The position numbers and the translations under genes were made by a program. Below, one piece after another: positions 28,641 to 41,174 of a stretch of DNA of 64,000 bases (positions are counted from its first letter, which is position 1; each line of letters starts with the position of its first letter). This DNA comes from Octopus sinensis (lineage: Eukaryota): NCBI RefSeq assembly GCF_006345805.1, contig NC_042999.1:31434001-31498000 (forward strand), read 5' to 3'. The notes under the pieces are model-generated. The model did not search any database, was not told the DNA's origin, and was given only the letters and a program-made list of their open reading frames with translations.

Positions 28641-29555
28641 GGTAGGTACGTACATATATGTTTATATATATGCATATGTTATATTTTATTAACATATTAT
28701 ACGACTAAACGCACGCACCCTATTAAGTAAGATTGTTCTGTTTATCAAGTTAGCCTTGATATTAACTCTCACGCGACTCTGCATCTTTCTTTCTTTCTCT
28801 CCCATTCCCTTTTTCGTCTTTTTTTCCCTCACTTAACTTGTCTCTTCCCCTCTCTCTCATACTTCATTCTCTCTCTCCCTTTCACCATTCTTCATGGTCT
28901 CCTCGCACCATTCCCCTTCTTCTCTCTCTTCCTCCTGCTCCTCCTCCCCTATTCCCGTCGTCCATCTGCGACGATACTTCCGTCGTAACTGCTATCCTGT
29001 CTTTTCTCGCCCGCCTTGTAAGGCTACTGGTCGACTACATTTGCTCTCTCTCGTCGTCCACGATAATCCAGCGTTTGCAATACTTTTTTCGTCTGGCGTT
29101 AACAGCCCTTCTTATCTTGTTCTCCTTGTCCTGTCTCTCACTGTTATATATTATTTTTCCACTGTTATATATATATTTTTTACTGTTTATATGTTTGTAC
29201 TGTCGTTACCGTCTTGCTTTTTTTTTTACCCCTCTGCGAAAAGATCTCAGAATTTTAATTGATTTGCTTTTCGCGGGAAGGAATTTTTCTTCGAAGTATA
29301 CGTCTCGCTTTTATCCTTCGAAACGTTTAGTAGATGAAATCTTAGCGACTGAAGAAGGGGTTTTTTCGTTGTGCTTATTGTCCTGTATCTCTCTCTTTTT
29401 TTTGCTTGTCTTGTTCCTTGGTTTGTGTCTATGTGTTTCGTCTCTCTATGTGTTCGACGTCTTTTTGGTGTCCTGTACACATATGCGTGTATATGTACAT
29501 GTAGAGGTAGGTACGTACATGTATGTTTATATATATGCATATGTTCTATTTTATT

Positions 29556-29561
<6 letters not shown>
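28641..29561. repeat. 56-bp direct repeats (28641-28696, 29506-29561) enclosing an ~810-bp CT/CpG-rich segment
   Basis: ggtaggtacgtacat(a/g)tatgtttatatatatgcatatgtt(a/c)tattttattaacata, 54/56 identical. Confidence 0.8.
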
Positions 29562-29616
<55 letters not shown>

Positions 29617-29639
29617 ATACGTGTGTGTGTATTGATGTG

Positions 29640-29676
<37 letters not shown>

Positions 29677-29714
29677 TTATGTATATGTGCGTGTGTGTGT
29701 CTGCGTGTGTCCTC

Positions 29715-30290
29715 GTGCAAGCGTGTGTTTGGCTTTTTGTGTCTACCTGTCCCCCGCCATTGCTTGACAATTCATGTTGATCTGTTCTCGTCTCCGCTTG
29801 ATTGCGTTCCGTCAAAGGCAACCGAGAAAATAATTACAACCTTACAAAAATGAATGTATTATAGTCGATTTTTTCGTCTCAAAATTCTTGAAATTTGTTC
29901 TCCAGCTCTGTTTCAGTGTAATGGCTATAACCAGTGATATAGAAAATAGATATATTTTGTGATGTACTTTTTTTTCTTTTTTTTTTTCAATCTTCTATCT
30001 TGAAGTTTTTAATTCCAGAATTCTCTAAAGTGCTGAGACTTTAACATAGCAAAACCTGTTATCGCGTATTTGTGGTGGTTAAATACTAATGAAACACGTG
30101 CCCGCACACATACTCACACACAAACTTAGTTATGTATGAATCTATGTATGTAATAGGATTCTTCAGTTTTCAAATTCATTCTGAAGTTATGTCAGACCTG
30201 GCTCATGGTAGAAATTATTTGCCGAACACGCCGGCTGCACTGTGCGACCGAACCTGAAAACGCGTAGAACGAACGTGAACGCGTTCACAC
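29715..30290 (+). repeat. Diverged direct repeat, copy 2
   Basis: Partner of 27255-27830; shared strings occur in the same order. Confidence 0.75.
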
Positions 30291-31377
30291 ACACACACAC
30301 CCACACACACACGCGCTTGTGTGTGTGTGTGCGTATTCTCAAGTCAGAAACGCTGCAATACCAGAGTTTGCAATAACTTTTGTATTGATTGTCACACGTT
30401 CTTCAATTAGCTTATATACGTAGAATAATTTTTCATGCATATTATTCTGAGTACCCGTACATTTTTGTTGCCAGTATCAATTTGATTTAAACCACAAAGA
30501 ATTGAATTCATGATGAAATAATGGTCCAGAGTATCCGACGTTCATTGAAGTCTACAATTTTTTTTTTTTTTTGCAGCAGTGAATTAATTGCGGTCATTAA
30601 TGTGCCTAATTGTCGACCAATTCTAAGTTTCCGGAACTCAGATTTGAAAACAACCCTTGTTATTCGGATGCAAATACCTGCAGCACAAATCGGCAGCAAC
30701 TGGCCCGATTGCTGCTTGCAAGGAACAGCGTTAAAATCGAGATTGCTGTCCAATACCACAGTTGATATATTGTTTTCCAGTAGTTGATATAAGACTTCAG
30801 GTTTCAGAAATGGTGGGCACATTTTTTACCTCGCCAATTCACCATCAATTATGATACAAGGAGCAACTCTGGACGTATAAGCTGACAGCGTTTGAAACAG
30901 GAACGGATCCGATTATTTTTCGAATCCGTTTTAAAAGAACGAAAAGTAGTCGTATTTCTAATGATGGAGACATATGTACAAGTTAAATGTACGAAACGCA
31001 GCCATTTATGGCATATACACTTTTAGCGGGGGCAGATTTGCGGTACTAATGTATGAAACTAATGCAGAGTTTCCCAACCTAGGATCCGTAAATGTAGTAC
31101 TGAAGGTCCGTGAGAGAAATTCAAAAGTTTATATACACACACATCTATACATGATGATAATCACATCAAAGGGGGTTCGCCGGAAAGTTGATTTAAATAA
31201 AGGATTTGAGGACCACTGTGAAATGGATAAGAACCATTGAATTAAAAGGACAAATGTCAGTTAAAGAATATCTAATTTATTACTTTTGCTGTCTTTTTTG
31301 TGGCTGTGCGATAAGAGGTTTGCGCGTTCATATACACTCATGCGTGTACAGACTAGATATATACAGGCATGTGTAAA

Positions 31378-31438
<61 letters not shown>

Positions 31439-31494
31439 ATATTAAGTTTGAAAATGGACAGATTCCACGGAAAAAATATAAATTAGTTATCGTT

Positions 31495-31532
<38 letters not shown>

Positions 31533-31615
31533 CGGACGTGTGTTTATATGTATTTGCTTTCATATATGTACGGATGTATGCATGCAGACATAACGTAGCA
31601 TATACGTACGTACAC

Positions 31616-31686
<71 letters not shown>

Positions 31687-31988
31687 CACACATACGCAGA
31701 CATATACCGCGTATACATATGCATATATATATATATCTATATCCGTATCTATCTCTATGAACCTCTCTGTCTCTCTATCTATATAAATCCTTGTACATGT
31801 AGTTTATATACATAGGCGTCGTTATCTATCAAGTTTATATTATCATATTCGTGTAGATATGAACATAGATGCATATTCCATGTTTATGAACACGTATACA
31901 TGGTACACGAAGCACCAGCTTCCTAGAAAGGAGAGTCATTGAAATCAGAGCCTACACATGTATACCTTCGTTCGCACACACACACACA

Positions 31989-32065
<77 letters not shown>

Positions 32066-32409
32066 TAGATTTATAAAAAATTCCAAGTGTGTGTATGTGT
32101 CTGTGGAAATTTCTCCTCGTGTCTGTATGACTGAACACACGCATATATTCATATGGTTAAGTACTTCGCTTCGTAGTCACGTGGTCTAGTTTTCTCATGC
32201 CTTTTAAAACACCTTTGGCAAGTGTGTGGTAAAATACAATTCTGTTCCGACCTCTGCCTCTTGAGTGAATTCTCGACAGAAGCTTTTTGCAACTCCGTCG
32301 TATATTCCTCTCACTTCCTCTTTCTTTCTCTTTCCTCCCCTCTTTCTCTCTTACAAACATATAGCCCCCACCCTCACCCCGTATCAAAATGTATGTTTGT
32401 CAATGTGTT

Positions 32410-32590
32410 TGTTCCTGCGGTTTTACAATCCAAGTTGTTCTGTTTATGCTTCTCTAACTGACCGTTAGGCGAAAGCCAACGAAAATACTATATGCGCCAG
32501 ATTAAAAATTACCACGCGGTCGATTTGTTCGGCAATCCCTTCAAGGCGGTGCTACATTATGCCCCCCAGGTCAATAGCTGAAACCTGAGA
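32410..32590 (+). mobile_element. Decayed SINE family A 3' half
   Basis: gtcgatttgttcg...aaggcggtgctac...gctgaaac tail-like motif. Confidence 0.5.
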
Positions 32591-33593
32591 ACCTTTAAAA
32601 TGTATACATATTTATTCATACATATATGTATATACATATTTTCAGTTTTGAATTTCCGTGTCAACATATGATTATAATCGATTTTCTAGAACTTCGTATA
32701 AAAGAAATATATGGGTGCTCATTTTAAATCTACATTAGTTTTCAAAGAATACAATTCTATTACTTTAAATATAAAGATCACGTGTGCTCTTGTTTTATTT
32801 TTCAAATAAGTTTTCCCTTAACCATATTTCCACAGGTGAGATAAGCATTAATATATCTTATTCCAAATCGTTCTGCCTATGAATTACTTTACATGTAATT
32901 ACTTAGTTCCTGTCGATTAAAAGTTTATAAATCCTTAAATAATTTCAAAGAACATCTAGTCTTTAAGATACCGGAATCTTAAAATCTATAAATTGCTAAT
33001 ATTATATTCAAACAAACGATCATTGCTGTGAATTTCGTATTTCAGCTACTCAGAATATATTTTCCCATAGATAACCTATCTTTACCATCCTATTGCGAAA
33101 TATTTGTTGAAATATTTTTACACAGCTCTCAATTGAAAAATGGGCAATCACATATATTAATACACAATCTTCGGTAGGAACGAAAATACTTAATAACGTG
33201 ATTTGCGAATACACTGTTGTCAAAAAGTGGAATTTTGTTACAGAACATTGCAAAATGCTTTGCAGCCAGACGTCGGACAACTAAATGACCTCTTCCAACA
33301 AAATTAAAGATTTTCTGACGAGAAAGCGTACGCTGTGAGTCTTTCTTTCATATATGGTAATTTACTTTATTACTTTCATTGAGAATCATAAAAAGAACAT
33401 AAATGAGTAAAATTTGGTGAAGTTCCGAATTAAAATAGATTATATCCTATTATTGCACATCATTGTATCGAATTATATGTTGACAGTATTAATAATATTT
33501 TTGTGTCTCCTACCAGCATAAAAGCTTATATACGCTCACTCACATTTACTTACAAAGGGGTTCAAAGTGCAACTCATAGCAGAAGTATGATTG

Positions 33594-33634
<41 letters not shown>

Positions 33635-34134
33635 ACCACAATTAATTTAATAAAAATGCCTATTGGGTGCTTTAATCTTTAGCACTTGTGTCTTTCTCTC
33701 TCCTTCCGCGAAAGCTTGCATACACACACGTACGCATGCATACATATGTGCCTATGCGTACATGCATACGTCACTGAATAACACACCCTTGTACATTTAC
33801 TTGCAATTAGATCTCTCTCTATCTCTCTCACTGTACGAGTATTTATACCCGTGCATTTTCGTGCACGTGGTGTTTGCGCGTGTGCGCGCGCGTGTGTGTT
33901 AGAGAGTGAGTGAATGTTTAGGCGTTTAACTGACAGAATCATTTGTTGTCTATTGTTTTACGTTCTGCGTTCAAATTCGGCCCGCATCACGTTTGCTTTT
34001 TATTCCTACAGATTCGATAAAATAATGTAGTAACAAAGAGTTAGAGACAATTATTTTAATTATAACCAGTGGATTTAACATCTACAAAAATTCTAGACCT
34101 TGAACTTCTTTAGCAAACACTTTCTATGAAAGTA

Positions 34135-34360
34135 AAGTGCGGTGAAATGGTTGAGCTATCCGAACTCAGCAAATTTGTTCGTGACATTTATTCTACTAAT
34201 CCCGTTGTGAGTTCAAGTCGTGCTACCTTTGCCGTTCGTCCATTTCCGAGCGATACAATAAGTAACAGTTGAGCTCGGGTGGGGTGGGGCTCGGGTTCGA
34301 TATAATAATTTGATCCCTCCGTCGCCAAAATGCTGCTGTTGTGTCAAAATATGAAACCTT
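34135..34360 (+). mobile_element. Old SINE family B copy
   Basis: gagttcaagtc...ctttgccgttcgtccatttccgagcgatacaataagtaacag resembles the family B core. Confidence 0.5.
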
Positions 34361-36249
34361 CTTTGCATTAGACTTTGTTCAAATAATTGTAATAGATCAC
34401 TTCAATTTTTTAAAATGTGAAACAAACACAAGCTAACCAAAATATTTCACACTCCAATTTCTCTCTCTCTCTCCTCTTCCCGCTCTATATATCATATGGA
34501 AACACACACGTTTATTTAAGACTACCGTTTTAGATCAATTTTAAGAACAGAACATTTACTGAGAGGAAACCTAATATAATACGTATATTTCCTATGTATT
34601 TGTGGAAATATGAGGGAGTACACACACCTATATTGGCTGTTAGCAAAAACGATATATATATATATAATTACCTCTGAGTCGTAATTATTTTTATTAACTT
34701 TGTCAAATATGCAATATCAAAAATTAATATCAACCACTAGAGTGTAGTTAGTAGATAATGAATCATTTCTTTGTGTTGGCATGGACTTGTAGATATCCTG
34801 CGAATGGTGTCTTACATGTATTTCTAAATGACTAAGCTAAGAAAGAAATTATGTATATCTTTATTATTGGTTTTCTTCTCGAGTAATAAGCTTGACATGG
34901 TCTTCTAAGTTCCTCCGAGACCGGTGAGACTGACGCGGTTAATGTTCCATTCAAATGTCTTCAATCATTTGTAGAAACGAAATCTCTGAATCACTTCGCG
35001 TTAAGCTATCTTCAGATTCTGCACTATTTATTTTCTTTTTTGGTTTTAAAAAATATACCTTACGGTATTACCGTGTAGAATATTCTGTTAGTTTTGCAAA
35101 TAGATTTACTAACATAATTGGTCTTTTCTCAACTAGCACTTGAGATTTCTACATTTTTTCCACTCACATCAGGAGAATTTTCTGCTGATTTTTTTTTACG
35201 TAGACACATAACAACTACAGTATGGAGGTGAATGTATCACGTTGTAAGGTAGGAACGTTTTATAAAATAATCATTCTAGAAAAAAATTGGCCCCTTTTGA
35301 TATCTTAAAACAAGTCTTTTCTACATTTCTTCTAAAGATAGTCCAATAATTATTTTAAATACAGACACAAGGCCAGACATTTCTAGTGAATATCCATCAT
35401 TTTAAGTGGTATCTTACTTATATTATCAACCACATATTTCTGAGATACAAAAATCAACCTTATTGGGATTTGAACTCAGAAATGAATGGGACATGACTAA
35501 TGTATTTCGTAAAAAATCCTACCTTTTCCCCACGTGACATTGGGTTTTTTTTATTATCTCTACTATGTACCTGACGGCTATGGCTAATAAAACATATGTC
35601 CAGAAAAGTTAGCGAACGCGTAATCATGCTTTGGTATTTATATTTGTAGATGAATGGAAATTCTGTCGTTCAAACTTCAGCAGTATTCTATTTTTTAAGA
35701 GATTATTTTGAGGATTTCTGAAACTGATGAGAGTACGGTATTCTCAGATCTATGTTCTAACGAGAATGTAGTCCAATCAAGTGAACATCGGTTACCTAAC
35801 AGAATACACTTAGAACTATATACAAGATTTGTCTATAAATATGTTAGGCGGAGGATGAGCAGTGTCAAAATCATTTTTTTTTCTGGCGTAGCGTTCCGAT
35901 TTCAAATCTTGTAATGATCAAGTTCTTTGCATTTTATCATTTCGAGTTTTATAAAAAAAATAAATACAAGTATTTGAGTCTAGTAAATGAAAGTAGGACT
36001 CTTGTCAAATCTTTGGCCTCATCTTTATATGTATGTATGTGTGCATGCATACATTCGCGCGTGCACACACACACACACACGTCTGTGCAGCATATTATTG
36101 ATAAAAGTGTCCCAAAAAGTCCAGTTTTCGATAGGATCTTACTTCCGGCCACTAATACTTAATACAAAACAATATTAAAAAATAAACGATCGAATAAATT
36201 TATGTAAAGTAATTTTGTTTCCTGGGGCAGATGACTTTCATTATTTTCT

Positions 36250-37195
36250 TCGTTGTTTATTTTCAATACAACAGATATACGTTTCCGAAGAGCATTAGTA
36301 GTAAAAGTATCTTTAAAATAATTCAAGATCGTGTTGTTTACTGTTTGGCTGAAAGCTTACAGCGGTTCTTCGTGGTTCAGTGGGCTGATGTTCAGTTCCA
36401 GTTACCGCAGTAATTATTACATCACAGAATATTTTCAATGTATAAGATGCTAATCACTCACAAACTTGTTTTTATTTCCTGCGGTAGATATCAAATTCAG
36501 TGTTGCCAATCCAATGAATAACCTCGTGAAGTATTTACATCATCTCATGCAGTGAGGTATTTTAGCATCCTGCAGTACCTTTGTGCGACTACTTGGATGA
36601 AGCAAGCAACTCCCAAACTTGAAGCGTACCCACGAATCCTTTACATGCAATTCTTCAAAAATAGAGTAACACGAACGTACATTATACGAACACAATTAAT
36701 GTGCCAAGAATTTTATATAGAGGTCTTTGTAATAAATTTTGGTTAAAATTAAGTGAAAAAAAAATAGCATTAAACGTCAGAGCTATAGAATATTCTTCAT
36801 GAACCCAGTAATACTTGTAAATCGCTTTTAGAAAGGCTAAACTTAGCAACTGAGTACGGCATGGCCACACACATACACACAGCTCAGCAATATTGATGCA
36901 TGCAACCCATACCGGCAAATCTTTTGGCAGCTGTTCATTATCTCAACTTACACAAAACATATCTCTCTGTTTTATCACAGAGAAAATTATGAATTTTGTA
37001 CGGAACAAGAAAAAGGAAACCAAAAAAAAAAATGATTGAAGGAAAAAAAAAAAAAACAATGGTAAAATTCGAACTCACCAATCCATCTTCATTTGTACTG
37101 ATCACTTTCCGTACAAGGGCGTCAGTGGTAAACAGACCAAATAGAAGTATAATTAATGAGACATATAGTTGTCCCGCAATCGTAATCAACTCCAT
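36250..37195 (-). pseudogene. Probable decayed intronless rhodopsin-class (peptide-receptor-like) GPCR
   Basis: Across frameshifts: TM1-like LYVSLIILLFGLF, TM2-like SSNFTIVF.., CKL, TM3-like VWVACINIAELCVCVWP, TM4-like YWV...SIALTFNAIFF, TM5-like ILGTLIVFV, TM6-like TRLFIGLATL. Order and spacing fit a 7TM receptor, but key motifs are degenerate. Confidence 0.35.
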
Positions 37196-37265
37196 CGCTC
37201 AGGTAAAGCGAACAGGTAAGACAAGCGAAAGGGAAAAAGCAGAACTTCACTCTATCTTTATAACA

Positions 37266-37313
<48 letters not shown>

Positions 37314-38224
37314 AGTGTAAATTTACTTATATCTATATACCTCTTTCTCTGACAATTACTCGGTAATTATATTTTACTCTTTATATATATATATATATTA
37401 AACACGCACTTCGGCAGAGAGGTAGATAGATAGACGGATAATTCCTTCTGGGGGGAAGGGATGGTTAATATATACTCGCACACGCGTACGTATATAATCT
37501 GTGTGCGCCTTAGGTGTATAAGTACACAATTATATATAAATAAATAATTAATATAATAAATGTATGTCTTATGTGTCGCCAGAGATGTGTCTGAGCGAGC
37601 GTGTTTCCTTATGTATATATATATATATGTGTGTGTGAGTGTGTGTGTATTTTTGTGGGTGGATGTTTCGGAGTGTTATTTGTTGTTTTTTTTTTTTATT
37701 TTGTGTGTGTGTGCGCCTCTTTTGAATGTATATATATTTCTTTTTTTTTTTTTCTTTTTTATCAAAGGTATTCCACTGCTATGTAAGGTGCGTGTTGAGG
37801 TTTTTCCGTATTGAGAGGTGACTACAGGAAGAAACACGAAGTTTGGTTAATTATCTTTTTCTCCCACTTTTTCTTCTTCTTCTGTCAGTGAATCTAAGTG
37901 GGCGTGAGTGAGAACTAAAAATGTTTCGAAGTCTATTCAGTTTCCTTTGTGGAATTATTCGGTGGTGTTGGTCTCACATTTTCTCTTCATCTTTTCCATC
38001 GTAATCATCATCGCCAACGTCTCCAACATCAAAATCTTCATCATATTTTTACTCTCTTCGTCGTTCGTTCTCTCTTCAATTTTGTTCAGCTATCATTATT
38101 TTTTTTTCTTTTATTTATCACTTCTAACTATTTTGCTATTGGTATTTTATTGTTGTTCTCATTGCGGCTGCTGCTGTTTTTTTGTTGTGCTCTGTTAGTT
38201 GTATATACACATATAAACATATAT

Positions 38225-38270
<46 letters not shown>

Positions 38271-38329
38271 ACGTGTATTGTGTTGCTGTTCTTTCTCAAT
38301 GCTCAGCCTTTCGTCTCTCCTCACACACT

Positions 38330-39000
38330 TCCTACAGATGCTGCTGCTGTTGCTACTACTACTGTTGCTCTCTTAACACTGCTGCTACTACTACAGGCAT
38401 CGCCGTTGTTGTTGCCTCACTTGCCGGTTTAGTAGTAGTAGTAGTAGTAGCAGTAGTAGTACAAGTAAAACTGTATATTGTAACAGTAATCGTTGTTCTT
38501 GTTGTTATAATCATTTACTTCCCCCTTTGTCAAACAGCTTGGTTACATAAAGTGGACAGTCTACCACTGCTGCGCTTTTTGTAGTTTCTTCTACAACTGG
38601 TTCTTGTTGTTGTTGCTGCTGTTGTGGTTGTTGTTGTTGGTGGTGGTGGTAGTGGTAGTGGTGCGATGTTGTGTCAGTGGTAGTGATGTTACCGTGGTGG
38701 CTAAGGTAGTAGTAGCAGCATTTGCGGTGATGGTAGTGACGATGATGATGATGATATGATGATGATGATGATGATGATTGCATCAGCGTTCAAGGTGAAG
38801 TGGTAGTGGTAATAATACTACTACTGCTGCTACTACTACTAGTGCTAATACTAATACCACTACTACAGCTGCTGCTACTAGTAGTACTGCTACTGCTGCT
38901 GCTGCCGGTGCTGCTGCTGCTGCTGCTGCTGTTCTCGCTGTTGTTACTACTATTTCAGTGATGACAGGGTTGCACTGTTGCTGTTTTGGTTCCACATCAA
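38330..39000. repeat. Mosaic of trinucleotide repeats (GCT, TAG, GTT, GGT, GAT, CTA)
   Basis: Direct reading; a similar GTT/GGT block lies at ~39430-39790. Confidence 0.85.
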
Positions 39001-39592
39001 TTCTGATTGAACAGATCTGTGATTAAAGACACTCCAGCCACGACCACTCGGTGCATTCGTATTCAATGAAATTACACCGTAAAACGTGGCCTTTGACTTA
39101 TTTCTTTTCTTTATTGTTTTTTTTTTTTTCTCTCTCTCTCTTTTAACAGTTGTTTATGATCAGACGGAGCATTTGGCTGCTGTTTCCAGCGGATCGCAAA
39201 CCTAAGACTCGCTATTATTATTTTATTTGACCAAATTTAATTTTCTTTTTCGCTATAACCTTTCTGTTGATATTGTAGTGGATTTCTAATGATGACAATG
39301 ATAATGATAAAGCAACAGCTCTTAAGAATATTTATGGCTGAAGCGGTGTTAATGTTGTTATTATAATTATTGTTCTTTTTATTGTTGATGAGTGTCGCTT
39401 CTTTTGTTGACACTAGGTTTGATGTTATTGTTTTGGTGGTGGTGGTGGTGGTTGTGGTGGTGATGGCTTTTTTCTGATGTTCTTATTTCATATTCGAAAG
39501 GTATAGGTACCAATACAGATTCAATATTTATTTTTTATTGTTTTAGTTTCTATTTGATAGTAGCAGTTGGTGTTAGTGTAGCGTTAATACTG

Positions 39593-39624
<32 letters not shown>

Positions 39625-39799
39625 GGTGATGTTGTTGTGGCAGTAGAATTAATATTTTTTTTCTTGTTGTTGCAGTTATTATTTCAGTTGTTGCTTCCGC
39701 TTCTGAAGGAGGTGATATTGTCCTCGTTGAAGTTGTAGTGGTCACGGTAACGTTGCATGTGATGGGGACGGTGACGACGATGCTAAGAAAGTGCGTGAA

Positions 39800-39833
<34 letters not shown>

Positions 39834-39932
39834 CGAGAGATGGAAAAGGTGAAAGAGAGAGATAAAGAAGGTAAAAGAGAGAGAGAGAGAAAATGAGAGG
39901 CAAACGTGAGTTATTTAAGGACACAGGTATCA

Positions 39933-39971
<39 letters not shown>

Positions 39972-40194
39972 AAACACGTTCGTGCGGATTGAAGCGTTCA
40001 CTTACATACGCATTCGTTTACGTGTGTATGTGTGTGTGTGTGTGTGTATGTGTGTGTTGTGTGTGTGTGCGAAACGGGCGTGTGAGCTTGCGTGTACATA
40101 CACACATATATGTATGTGCATGTGTGTAGATGTGTGCATGTGTGTGTGTGTGTGTGTGTATTACATACACTTGTATTTTTGTTCTTTCTTTTGT

Positions 40195-40360
40195 TTCATG
40201 CATTGGACTGCGGCCTTCGTGAGACAGAGAAGAAACTTGAAGACTTTGTCGATACCTATCGACCTCATCCGTTATATTTCAAGTCTCATACTTATTCTGT
40301 TGGTTCTTTTAGCCGCAGCTCACTGTTACGGTGACTAAAATCAACAACACCAGTATTGGG
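40195..40360 (-). mobile_element. Decayed SINE family A 3' part
   Basis: gactgcggcc...gtcgat...atcgacc...tacttattc...aacaccagtatt matches the family A tail. Confidence 0.5.
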
Positions 40361-40637
40361 TATGGGATAGGAAAATGCTTATACACGAACGCTCATATAT
40401 ACACACATAAAATGCACGTACATATGCATATATACATATATACATATATGTATGTTTATAGGTATGTATAAATGCATTGGTGCCTAGCGGATCTAGCTGA
40501 AGACAGTAGGACTTAAACCTAAACCACGTGATTGCGAAGTGAATCCTTAACTGTCTGAGCCTATACAATATATACAACCTTTAACCATTTTTTGTATTGT
40601 ATAGATATATATATATAGATAGATAGATATATATGTA

Positions 40638-40689
<52 letters not shown>

Positions 40690-40702
40690 CACACATATAC
40701 AA

Positions 40703-40743
<41 letters not shown>

Positions 40744-41174
40744 CAAATATATATATATATGTCAGGTCGCTCTTGAGTGCTACTACTATCATGTGGTCCA
40801 GTACAACCTGTTCCATGGTCAGGTCGTCGGCGACTAAACTGGTAACCCCACCAGGTTTGCTTGGTGAGGTGGGTGCTTGTTGAACATCCTGCGGGACAAA
40901 ATATATAACTCATCAAAGGGCAGAGTAACTACAACGTAGTCAACGGCCATTCATCTACATGTGTTTGTAGAGTGCTTATGTGTGTATATTCTATATTAAA
41001 CGCTGCGTTTGTGTGTATTATATATAGTTATTTCAGCATGCTTGTGAACATATTGTATATTGAGTTTTTAAATTATATATATTATATGTAAGTTTTATAT
41101 TTAATTGTACTCAGTATTATCTCAATTTTTAATTTGTATTTATTTCTCTTATTTTAGTTTTTGTTCTTTAATAA

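Noticed and set aside
35724-35755. CTGATGA followed by a hairpin (possible hammerhead); similar partial matches at ~33315 and ~50742
   Set aside because: No GAAA after stem II (or no stem II), and no valid stem III/NUH.
36981-37215. Plus-strand exon candidate with good acceptor (tatcacag) and donors (cag|gtaaag, cag|gtaaga)
   Set aside because: No open frame from the acceptor, no compatible neighbouring exon, and it overlaps the antisense GPCR-like relic. A non-coding exon cannot be excluded.
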